This document shows positions 46,216-54,198 of a stretch of DNA of 64,000 bases, in pieces. How positions within the stretch are numbered: the stretch's first letter is position 1; each line of letters starts with the position of its first letter. Location: IMG/VR virus record IMGVR_UViG_3300028909_000018, positions 1-64,000 of that record; one strand, 5' to 3'. The notes below the pieces were generated by a model, which saw nothing but the letters and a program-made list of their open reading frames with translations, was not told the DNA's origin and searched no databases. Origin of the DNA: a virus. Position numbers and translations under genes: made by a program.

Positions 46216-47571
46216 ATGACAGAACGAGCATTTGGTTTTGATAACAGGCATTGGTGGGGCGTCGTCGTCAACGTCATGGACCCTGACAAGGAGGGTCGTG
46301 TCCAAGTTAGAATCCATGGCCTGCATGACGATGCGACTAATATTCCTGATTCTGCTCTACCATGGGTCAAACCTCTACAAAATATAACTTCGGCAGCACA
46401 TAATAAAATTGGCAAGATTCCTGTCGGCCTGATCGTCGGATCGACGGTATTTGGGGTCTTCCTCGACGGGGATCAACAACAGCCGATAATGATGGGAACC
46501 ATCGCCAAGGCTGGTGACGCAAGTAGTACAGAAACAACAGGAGGATCGGAATCTCTAAAACAAGGAACCAATTCTACGCCTCCCGGTGGGAGAATATTTG
46601 ATAATGGTTTCTCGACCAGAAGCACTCAGAATATTAAGACAGATGACCAGACCAAGATCACATATCCAAATTACACACCAACCGAGCAAAATGATTCCGA
46701 TGGCAAGGATATCACCGAGGATGCCCGTAAGAAGACAAAGTTCTATAGTATTCCCACCGTAGCATCATTAACTTCTATCGGTGGATCGATTCTTCAGCAG
46801 CTTCAGACTGTTGATCCACAGAATCTCAATGCAGTTCTTCCCAATGCGATTTCATCATTTATTAAGATGAAAGATATTTCCGACCTCGGATCGACCTCGG
46901 GACTTCAAGGCGCGATGGGGAACATGTTGGGATCGGCGTTATCATCGATTTCTGGCCAGCTAGGAGCCTCCACAGTCATCAACGCACTATCGGCAGGACT
47001 GTCGGGTGCCACCCTATCCAGCACGGCCCAGAGCGTCTTATCGACGGCCCTGATGAACATGGGTCAGACGCCCGTTCTTTCCGACACCATGAATAGCGTG
47101 ACGAATCAGTCTCTCCAGTCTTTAATTAATATGATTTTACCGCTGCTACAGAACGGTTCCGTCTCGGCCTCTGCCCTCGAATCCATCATCGCGCTGTTTT
47201 TAGAACAACTTCAAAATAATGGAATGCAGAGCATTCTCGGTGCTGGGATCACGCCTGCCAGCATCCTATCAAACCTATCGAGTGTTCTACCGACCATCGC
47301 CGGGGCAATTAACACCACGCTCGATACCCACCTTCCAAAATCTGTTTTAGATAATTCTATATTGACTCAGGCGCTTCAGAAGTTTTCAACGAATCAGGCC
47401 TTTCTGAAGGCTCCTACGAACGGCAGGAAGGCACTTGCCATCAAGGCGGCGGAAGGGTCGGCCAATCAGCCCCAGAGCGTCATGGACACCATCTCTTCCC
47501 TTCCCGGAGTTGCACAAGGAGTGACCACCAATACAATCCAAGGTCTAGGAAATCTATTCGCAGGAAGTTAA
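46216..47571 (+). CDS. gp5N: gp5 N-terminal OB-fold fused to a helical Ser/Leu/Ala-rich domain
   Basis: WWGVV....DP...GRVQVRI.GLH......LPW and G..V.G.FLDG..QQP..MGT motifs; late box 46191-46197. Confidence 0.85.
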   Translation: MTERAFGFDNRHWWGVVVNVMDPDKEGRVQVRIHGLHDDATNIPDSALPWVKPLQNITSAAHNKIGKIPVGLIVGSTVFGVFLDGDQQQPIMMGTIAKAGDASSTETTGGSESLKQGTNSTPPGGRIFDNGFSTRSTQNIKTDDQTKITYPNYTPTEQNDSDGKDITEDARKKTKFYSIPTVASLTSIGGSILQQLQTVDPQNLNAVLPNAISSFIKMKDISDLGSTSGLQGAMGNMLGSALSSISGQLGASTVINALSAGLSGATLSSTAQSVLSTALMNMGQTPVLSDTMNSVTNQSLQSLINMILPLLQNGSVSASALESIIALFLEQLQNNGMQSILGAGITPASILSNLSSVLPTIAGAINTTLDTHLPKSVLDNSILTQALQKFSTNQAFLKAPTNGRKALAIKAAEGSANQPQSVMDTISSLPGVAQGVTTNTIQGLGNLFAGS

Positions 47572-47927
47572 TAAATTATTCCTTTTACTTCCTTAATTTT
47601 CTTAAGCTTGGCACCAATAAGATCAAACGACTCATTATCGATCAGCCAATCGTTCTTGCGAGTCTTATTAATTTGATCACGCCTTGCGAGACTCAACATC
47701 ATATAGGCATATTCAAGCAATTTTTCTGTTGAATAGTTGTCAGGATCGTAGGTCATTTTTATTCTCCCCGAATGAATGTCAAAAGACGATTTAGAAAATT
47801 GATTTCATTATCAATTTCCCAATAACTGTCTCCCTTATCAGAGAGACAGGATTGTTCGATAATTCTCATAGCGAGGCGGGTTTTAATCATACCCGCCGTG
47901 TTTATGAGTTTTTCTTTATTATCCATA

Positions 47928-48482
47928 TTATACCACCTTTTCAAACTTGGGACGGGAGACAATGGTCTGATTCACGCCTTCACGAACCGAATGATCCTTG
48001 ACCGTCGCCTTGCCCTTTACGGCATCACCACGAGCGGCTTCCAGATACTTCGAACCCTTGTAAACGACGACGTTACCGGCCTCGTCCTTAAGGATATGAA
48101 TATGGAGCATACCGAAGTCAGTCTCGTAAGAGAAGTGGTTTTGCATGGTGAGGGTGAAATCCTGACGCTTACCAACCTCACCAACGAAGACCGAAGCGGC
48201 GTCAGCAGCCTTCCAAGCCGCCTTACGCTCGTCTTCCTTGGCGAAAATCTTACGAACGGCAGCTTCCTGACCAGCGGTGAGGGAGCCCCAATCGGCATAA
48301 TTCGTCAGCATGGTGCTGATGAAGCTGTTAGAAGACTTGTACATCTTCTCGACCAGAACGGCGCGGGTGGCGTCTTCGGCCATCCAACGTGCAGCTTTGC
48401 TCTTTTTCGCATTGGCCATCTTGTAGCCCTCAATCGCGGGAAAGTAACGGTCGGCGTGGTCATGTTGTTCGTCGTAGGCCAT
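47928..48482 (-). CDS. Hypothetical early protein (possible C-terminal OB fold)
   Basis: WGSLT.GQ, FVGEVGKR and KATVKDH..REG..QT...RP motifs; sigma70 promoter at 48510-48538. Confidence 0.7.
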   Translation of the reverse strand: MAYDEQHDHADRYFPAIEGYKMANAKKSKAARWMAEDATRAVLVEKMYKSSNSFISTMLTNYADWGSLTAGQEAAVRKIFAKEDERKAAWKAADAASVFVGEVGKRQDFTLTMQNHFSYETDFGMLHIHILKDEAGNVVVYKGSKYLEAARGDAVKGKATVKDHSVREGVNQTIVSRPKFEKVV

Positions 48483-48724
48483 GATGTTTCTCCGTTGTTC
48501 CGATGATATGAATATAAATCATTCATATCGGGATGTCAACGGATATTTTTAAAAAATTAGAGAAATTTCTGATTAAACGCCTTTGGATCAATCCAAGCAC
48601 AAAAAATTAGGAATGCAACCATAGGGTTACGTGTCATCCAGATCACGAGGGCAGCACCGGCGATGATGGCCAGATCGATGAGGAATGTTTTCACATGTTT
48701 CATGACAAAAATCCTTTAAAAGAA

Positions 48725-48858
48725 GAGAATAACAGGGGTCGAACCTGTCACCTTACGTCATTTCCATGGTTGGATCGTAAGGTATGGAGCCTTGCAAACT
48801 TCACTTGACGCTACTCAACTAGCCTTTCACGCCATATTACTGTGCATACCGTATTCTC
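48725..48858 (-). ncRNA. tRNA-like RNA (~134 nt)
   Basis: 7-bp GAGAATA/TATTCTC helix stacked on the T-arm ACAGG-TTCGACC-CCTGT; inner ACCTTACG/CGTAAGGT stem; no CCA. Confidence 0.6.
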
Positions 48859-48863
48859 ATAGA

Positions 48864-48952
48864 TGGCGGAAACACCCATATCCGACATGGACTCCCTTTC
48901 GAGAGCAATCTGTTTAGCAAACAGTTGCCGATCCCCTCGGCTTGTCATTTCC
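48864..48952 (-). tRNA. tRNA-Ser(GCT), non-canonical fold
   Basis: GGAAATGAC/GTGTTTCC-GCCA, 5-bp D stem, loop TTGCTAA, long variable arm, 4-bp T stem lacking TTC. Confidence 0.75.
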
Positions 48953-48960
48953 ATTAAATT

Positions 48961-49053
48961 TGGCGGAAGAGTGGCTGTGTCGATCACCATACGATTACTC
49001 ATCGTACCATCCGATTTCAAGTCGGTGAAGGGAGCCGTCCCTCATACTCTTCC
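48961..49053 (-). tRNA. tRNA-Ser(TGA) with a tRNA-Sec-like 8-bp acceptor fold
   Basis: GGAAGAGT/ACTCTTCC-GCCA, 6-bp D stem with 4-nt loop, loop CTTGAAA, 7-bp variable arm. Confidence 0.8.
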
Positions 49054-49079
49054 ATATTTCTATTTATTCTTTTTAATTT

Positions 49080-49145
49080 AGTATTTTGACCTTTGTATGT
49101 TAGCGTCTGAGAATGACAATTAGGACATATAACCATAAGATTTTT
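49080..49145 (-). pseudogene. HNH endonuclease C-terminal remnant
   Basis: KNLMVICPNCHSQTLTYKGQN without the upstream HNH core. Confidence 0.6.
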
Positions 49146-49326
49146 ATTTGAAATCCGAAGGTACGGTTTCAATCCAAGTTTGTTTTTCATCAGAAACATA
49201 CAAAACCTTGTCATAATTCTCGAAAAACTCCTTACTATCCACGTCATCCCGGAAATTCCGAAGATGCTCGTTTATCTGATCATTGTCAAGTCCCTTATCG
49301 ACCCTAACGTGAAAAATATATTTCAT
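49144..49326 (-). CDS. Hypothetical protein (60 aa)
   Basis: AGGAG RBS before ATG 49326. Confidence 0.6.
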   Translation of the reverse strand: MKYIFHVRVDKGLDNDQINEHLRNFRDDVDSKEFFENYDKVLYVSDEKQTWIETVPSDFK

Positions 49327-49336
49327 TTTTTTTCTC

Positions 49337-50341
49337 CTATTTAAAATAAAGTAAACGAGTGTCACCCACGAGATGACGGTTTGTTGATGTGGACTGAATG
49401 AAAAGTTCATACTGTCCATGATCCTTCGGAGAGACACGAACCTCACGATCCGTTGGAAGGCCTAGAAGATCACGAGCATCATCGCCAGAATAGGTCTTTC
49501 CAGACTTCTTATGCTTGATACAAATTTTCTTTGATGCCTGCACCTTCTCAGATTTATTTAGCTGATAATATGCCGAACCAATATTATATTCTCCAAAATG
49601 CTCGATACAGAAGTCGCGAATCTCAGTCTTGTTATACTTCTCAGGAACCCATAGAATTTGAACCTTGTCGGTGATATCATCAAGATTACGCTTGACTTCA
49701 GATATGGAGACATTCGAAAGGTCTGTGTAGAACGAGCTAGAACTGGTTAGACCACGAGTACGATCACTGAAATAAGCCCGTGTGGCCTGTGTCGAAACCT
49801 GTGTGGACTGACGAAGACCCTTCTCGGTGACTTCCCATTCGATGACGTTGCCAACGGGAATACCAAGATTGGTGATGTATGAACCATAACCCTTGGGAAC
49901 ACGGAAGGCGAAAGTCCACTTATCAGTAGACTGGAGATGACGGATACGAGATGCAACCTGTGGGGCTATTTCGCCGTGAACATTATTTCCACCGTCAGTG
50001 ATAACCATGATCAGGTAGGCGGTATCGCTATTCTCGTTTTCCTCGGAAATTGTATCAATCATCAAATTAATGGCATCTAGAAGCGGCGTCGATCCACCAT
50101 TCGCATAGTAGGATGTAATATTTCTAAGCGTCGCGACGTTCTCGTCTTTGATGATGACGCGATTTATGGTTCTAAAGTTGACGGCCACGCCACATTCCAC
50201 GACAGTCACAAGACCCTTGTGGTTCTTGTCGATGGAAGACTTCAGACTATCAACGGTAAGGTTGTAATCGTTGATGGCTCCTGTGATATACGACTGCATG
50301 GAGCCGGAATGATCACGAATAATACCAATTTTAGTTTTCAT
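49337..50341 (-). CDS. von Willebrand factor A domain protein
   Basis: MIDAS motifs DHSGSM, TPLLDA and VITDG. Confidence 0.85.
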   Translation of the reverse strand: MKTKIGIIRDHSGSMQSYITGAINDYNLTVDSLKSSIDKNHKGLVTVVECGVAVNFRTINRVIIKDENVATLRNITSYYANGGSTPLLDAINLMIDTISEENENSDTAYLIMVITDGGNNVHGEIAPQVASRIRHLQSTDKWTFAFRVPKGYGSYITNLGIPVGNVIEWEVTEKGLRQSTQVSTQATRAYFSDRTRGLTSSSSFYTDLSNVSISEVKRNLDDITDKVQILWVPEKYNKTEIRDFCIEHFGEYNIGSAYYQLNKSEKVQASKKICIKHKKSGKTYSGDDARDLLGLPTDREVRVSPKDHGQYELFIQSTSTNRHLVGDTRLLYFK

Positions 50342-50343
50342 GT

Positions 50344-50610
50344 TTATGATAATCTCTTTCCTATATTTTTTGAAAAGCCTTCTTTGTATTCTACATTCTC
50401 CTGAATGGCTTCTTTAAATTTCTTGAATGCTGATATCAAGACAGCAATTTGAAATCTGACCTTTTCCAATTCAAAAATATCAGGATTATTGTTCCAATTT
50501 TTGACCATCAATTCTTCTTTTTGTTTGAGGAATTTGATCTGTTTCTGAAAGGTATCGAATTTTTGCTCTTGCCATTCGTCTTCAAACACTTTGACTGGTT
50601 CGTAAGTCAT
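50344..50610 (-). CDS. Hypothetical protein
   Basis: Coupled ORF. Confidence 0.6.
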   Translation of the reverse strand: MTYEPVKVFEDEWQEQKFDTFQKQIKFLKQKEELMVKNWNNNPDIFELEKVRFQIAVLISAFKKFKEAIQENVEYKEGFSKNIGKRLS

Positions 50611-50846
50611 TTGTTATCCTTCTTGATAAGTTTGATGTTGTAATTCACGATCTTAGAATAGCTGGAATGGTCAAGATATGCCCGAACCGATGTCTCAAAG
50701 TCTGACTCCGCATTCTTGATAACCTTTTCGACTTCCTCCGTGGCCGTCTTCATAAGCACTTCCCGAAGGGCATCCCTAAGAGCAGACTTCAGAAGTGTAT
50801 TATACAGTCCTTCATCAGGAAGTTTTGTCGGGTCTAACATCGCCAT
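50607..50846 (-). CDS. Hypothetical protein
   Basis: Coupled ORF (TAATG). Confidence 0.6.
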   Translation of the reverse strand: MAMLDPTKLPDEGLYNTLLKSALRDALREVLMKTATEEVEKVIKNAESDFETSVRAYLDHSSYSKIVNYNIKLIKKDNK

Positions 50847-51460
50847 TATTTTTTCCTCTTTTCATATTCTTCAATGATACTTTGATGCACGGCCATCTCA
50901 TCCTTACTCGCGTCGATCATGGCGAAACGATCCTGATTAGCCCACAGAGATTGAAAGTCGCCTCTTGCCTTGTCATAAAATTCAAAGGGACGTTGGTCAA
51001 AGGTGTTGAGGTTTCCTCTAATCCTAAGACGTTCTAGGGCCTCGCTGACGGGCATGTCAAGCAAGAAGGTAATATCTGGCATGGCATACCACTCTTTGCT
51101 ACCAGTCTCGACCTTGATCGAATTCCATTTGGTTGACCGACGCAGATTAATATCTACATCCTGCTGGTAGACTTCGGTGGAATCAAAAAACCTATCACAA
51201 ATAACGACCTTCCCGGCGTCGATAGCTGGCCTGATCGTGTTTAAAATGTGATCCCGACGAGCGGCATAAAAAAGAAAGAATTCCGTATATTGGTCCAGAT
51301 CGTTGTTGATAATGATATTACGGATTTGTTCCGCGATATAGGAGCCGCCCGGCTCTCTAGTTAGCAGAACGGGAATATTCTGTGCCTCAAGGTAAGAAGC
51401 CAAAAGTTTGGCCTGTGTACTCTTTCCGGTACCGTCTATGCCTTCAAATGTAATAAAAAT
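50846..51460 (-). CDS. tmk: Thymidylate kinase (predicted ATT start)
   Basis: The upstream in-frame FITFEGIDGTGKST P-loop lies outside the track ORF; TREPGG, VICDRF and PD.TF.LD motifs. Confidence 0.92.
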   Translation of the reverse strand: MFITFEGIDGTGKSTQAKLLASYLEAQNIPVLLTREPGGSYIAEQIRNIIINNDLDQYTEFFLFYAARRDHILNTIRPAIDAGKVVICDRFFDSTEVYQQDVDINLRRSTKWNSIKVETGSKEWYAMPDITFLLDMPVSEALERLRIRGNLNTFDQRPFEFYDKARGDFQSLWANQDRFAMIDASKDEMAVHQSIIEEYEKRKK

Positions 51461-51722
51461 CGTGTTCTTCCTCTTTATGGAGTAATTCTTTCTTCAGCAA
51501 GATAGGTTCATTAAATTTTTCAGAAAGAACCTTACAGATTTCATGCAAAAGACGTGATCTGTCGTATGGTGACCACTCATTTCTACCTTCACAAGTATTT
51601 GAAAGGATGTCCTGTGCGATGCATTTACCTACGAGCCATGCGGCAAGCTTTGTACTATCAGGATTATTGATTACAATCTTATCCAGATTTTCTTCAATAA
51701 TCGACTCAACATTATAAGACAT
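51444..51722 (-). CDS. Hypothetical protein
   Basis: GGAGG RBS before MSYNVES. Confidence 0.55.
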   Translation of the reverse strand: MSYNVESIIEENLDKIVINNPDSTKLAAWLVGKCIAQDILSNTCEGRNEWSPYDRSRLLHEICKVLSEKFNEPILLKKELLHKEEEHDFYYI

Positions 51723-51723
51723 T

Positions 51724-51945
51724 TTAATCCTCCAAAAGTTCAAATCTAAACCAACGCCCTCCAAACATCGCAAATTGTTTGATAGCGAAGTCAGTAATTT
51801 CCCCGTCCTTACCCACGATGAACGTCATCTCATAACGAGAATCTTCTGGTATCAGCAACGTATCGATCCGCAACTCACGATTATCGATTATCTCTTGTGT
51901 ATTGTTCGTGGCGTCACAGATGACCTCAAAATCATCAAGTCCCAT
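51724..51945 (-). CDS. Small protein resembling the tail sheath (gp18) C-terminus
   Basis: DFEVICDATNNTQEIID.REL.ID..L.P. Confidence 0.55.
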   Translation of the reverse strand: MGLDDFEVICDATNNTQEIIDNRELRIDTLLIPEDSRYEMTFIVGKDGEITDFAIKQFAMFGGRWFRFELLED

Positions 51946-52092
51946 AAAAACTTTCTTATTTGAGAAGGCGGATCATTTCAGTTTCGAAACGCCTAAAGAA
52001 ATGCCACTGTTCATCGAGCATCTTCTTATGAAATTCATCATAAGTTCGAATTTTCATCCATTCGCCCATCTTGGTGTAGAAATCAAAAGGCG

Positions 52093-52368
52093 TCATTGTG
52101 TTTCCTTCTGAGCATTATCAAGATACTTCTGCACGGCCACGGCATGGTTGTGACAGTATTGATTATGCTTCCAAAGCTTGACGTAGCTCTTCGCCACGTC
52201 CTTGTTAGACTTAAACTTCTCTGGAAGCTTGACTGACCCACAGGCCAACAGATTCGATGGAGGCATGATAACCTCATAATGTGTCACCTTAATGTCCACA
52301 GGCTGTGGCGTGGCACAACCGGCCAGACACACACCAATAATCAACGCGGCGATTGTAAGCTTAATCAT
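52093..52368 (-). CDS. o-spanin-like lipoprotein
   Basis: Lipobox LAGC, PP..LL.C; follows the i-spanin. Confidence 0.75.
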   Translation of the reverse strand: MIKLTIAALIIGVCLAGCATPQPVDIKVTHYEVIMPPSNLLACGSVKLPEKFKSNKDVAKSYVKLWKHNQYCHNHAVAVQKYLDNAQKETQ

Positions 52369-52727
52369 TATTTTCTTCCCTTTAGACTTCCTAAAATTTG
52401 GTTAAAGATTGGATCGAGTTGATCGTCCTTTGTGGCGTCAACTGCGGCATTGGCGATACCGGCAGATTCTTTCACTCTCCCATCAAGGACAGAATTCTGT
52501 TCCTGAAGCTGTTGGAGATTGGTGGCGAGGGTTTTATTAACCGCCGCCATCGCGTCTTTTTCCTTGATGACTTCTTCAAGCTGCATCTGATTAAACGATG
52601 CCAAGGCTTCTTTCTTGGCCTCGTGAATTTTGAGTTCATACCACCCAAATACGAGACCGACCAACATGATGCCACCGGCAACATATCCAACAATTCTTCC
52701 GAATGGCGTGAGTAGGAAAGCAAGCAT
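52368..52727 (-). CDS. i-spanin-like protein
   Basis: N-terminal TM plus coiled coil; TATAAATA late box at 52746-52753. Confidence 0.7.
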   Translation of the reverse strand: MLAFLLTPFGRIVGYVAGGIMLVGLVFGWYELKIHEAKKEALASFNQMQLEEVIKEKDAMAAVNKTLATNLQQLQEQNSVLDGRVKESAGIANAAVDATKDDQLDPIFNQILGSLKGRK

Positions 52728-52748
52728 AAAAAACCCTTTTGTGCCTAT

Positions 52749-53069
52749 TTATAATTTATAACGCCACTGTTCATTCGGAGGAATTGATTTATAACGCCAC
52801 TGTTCATTCGGAGGAATGAAGCCATGAGGGTACTTATAACTACATTGTTCTTGTATGACACCCTGATTGTCGGGTTTACCTATATAACAATCCTTAGACT
52901 GTATATAAGCCCCTATCCCCGCGAAGATGAAAAGTATAACGAAGAACACAACAAGACCTATAACACGAAATAGAATGTAGTACAAGATAGCCTTACCGGC
53001 TATATTACCGATACTGGTGTTCAGAAGGCCGTTGCCGATTTCTTTCGGTGTTGCATCAAAAAGACCCAT
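52749..53069 (-). CDS. Membrane protein with a C-terminal duplication
   Basis: TM segment; IPPNEQWRYK twice. Confidence 0.6.
   Translation of the reverse strand: MGLFDATPKEIGNGLLNTSIGNIAGKAILYYILFRVIGLVVFFVILFIFAGIGAYIQSKDCYIGKPDNQGVIQEQCSYKYPHGFIPPNEQWRYKSIPPNEQWRYKL
52754..52817. repeat. 31-bp direct repeat, period 33
   Basis: atttataacgccactgttcattcggaggaat at 52754-52784 and 52787-52817. Confidence 0.9.
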
Positions 53070-53086
53070 GATGAATAATCCTTGTG

Positions 53087-54085
53087 TTACCAGCGGTTCA
53101 TTTGCGCCTGATGAAAATAATATACCTTATTTCCGTAGGTGTCAAGGAGAAAATCCTCAATCCACGCCTTGTCCACATTCTCAGGCAAGGTAGATTTCAT
53201 GGCTGCATCTTCGACATCCACAAACAATTCCTCAATCTTTTCAGACACTTCCTTGTATGGAAGCCATCCCTTCTTGATATTTAGAAGTTCGGGAGCATTG
53301 GGACGAGGAAAAATAATGTTATGGGTTCTGAATAGCTCCACCGCCTGCTGCCCAATTCGAACAGCATGAGATAATGCCTTCCAGTCCACGCCTTCATTCT
53401 TTTCGGCCTGTAGAGCCCTCTTTCCATACCCGTCCACGATCTTCTCGACCACAGAGAAGGCGCTTCCGACAGAGGCGGTAAAGGGTAGCAGACGATCACA
53501 TACATCCAGATGACGAATCTCCTGACCACTGGCCAGAGGGATATCCACGATCTTGATGAATTCCTTGTCCTTGGCCCATACGTCGATCTTGGTGGCATAA
53601 TCACCCAGCTTCTTATTCATTCCCAAAATACTAACAAGATGGTTAAGAAATTCAAGCGCATCACGAGCGGCGGCGACGCGGGAGCCCTTGATGCCGTATT
53701 TGTTGGCTTGTTGACGACAATAGCCGATGAAGGCCTTGGACTGCCGGGAGATGAGTTTTTTCCGATTATTCTGAATACGAGTCCACATAGGAGAGTGTTC
53801 AAGAATATAATTATTCGGAGCGAAGAGCATGTCCAGAGAAACCGTCTGACCTTCCGCGACAAGCTTCAGATACTTATCGAGACTGTAAATTTCCTCATCG
53901 ATGTCGGCGGAAGAATTTTTCTCAAACTCAGGCTTCTCCTTAGAGTAAGAAATTGATTCCTTGACGCGACGCAGAAGAATATCCTCGGCGGTGGGAATAT
54001 AAACCGCCTTGTAATCTGTATCGCTTGTGGGAGTATTTGTCCCATATAAGGATGATCCGAAGAGCAATCTAACAATCTTTTCCAT
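53087..54085 (-). CDS. Pol-beta-superfamily nucleotidyltransferase (RlaP/T4-like)
   Basis: FGS.LYG..TP.SD.D, QA.KY..KG.R and DWKALSHA.R motifs. Confidence 0.85.
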   Translation of the reverse strand: MEKIVRLLFGSSLYGTNTPTSDTDYKAVYIPTAEDILLRRVKESISYSKEKPEFEKNSSADIDEEIYSLDKYLKLVAEGQTVSLDMLFAPNNYILEHSPMWTRIQNNRKKLISRQSKAFIGYCRQQANKYGIKGSRVAAARDALEFLNHLVSILGMNKKLGDYATKIDVWAKDKEFIKIVDIPLASGQEIRHLDVCDRLLPFTASVGSAFSVVEKIVDGYGKRALQAEKNEGVDWKALSHAVRIGQQAVELFRTHNIIFPRPNAPELLNIKKGWLPYKEVSEKIEELFVDVEDAAMKSTLPENVDKAWIEDFLLDTYGNKVYYFHQAQMNRW

Positions 54086-54198
54086 GATTAATCCTTTTAC
54101 TTCTTACACTTGTTCCGATTGCGGCGCTTCTTGGAGCCGATCTTCCGACGCCCCTTACGTGGGCGGTTCTTCTTAGGTGTAGGCAATTTCTTTCCTTT

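Noticed and set aside
48961-49053. True selC / stop-codon recoding
   Set aside because: The anticodon is TGA (Ser), not TCA; conserved genes are uninterrupted and end at normal TAA/TGA/TAG.
48811-49247. Track ORFs 48811..49020, 48863..49081 and 49017..49247
   Set aside because: They overlie two tRNA genes; only the short HNH remnant looks protein-derived.
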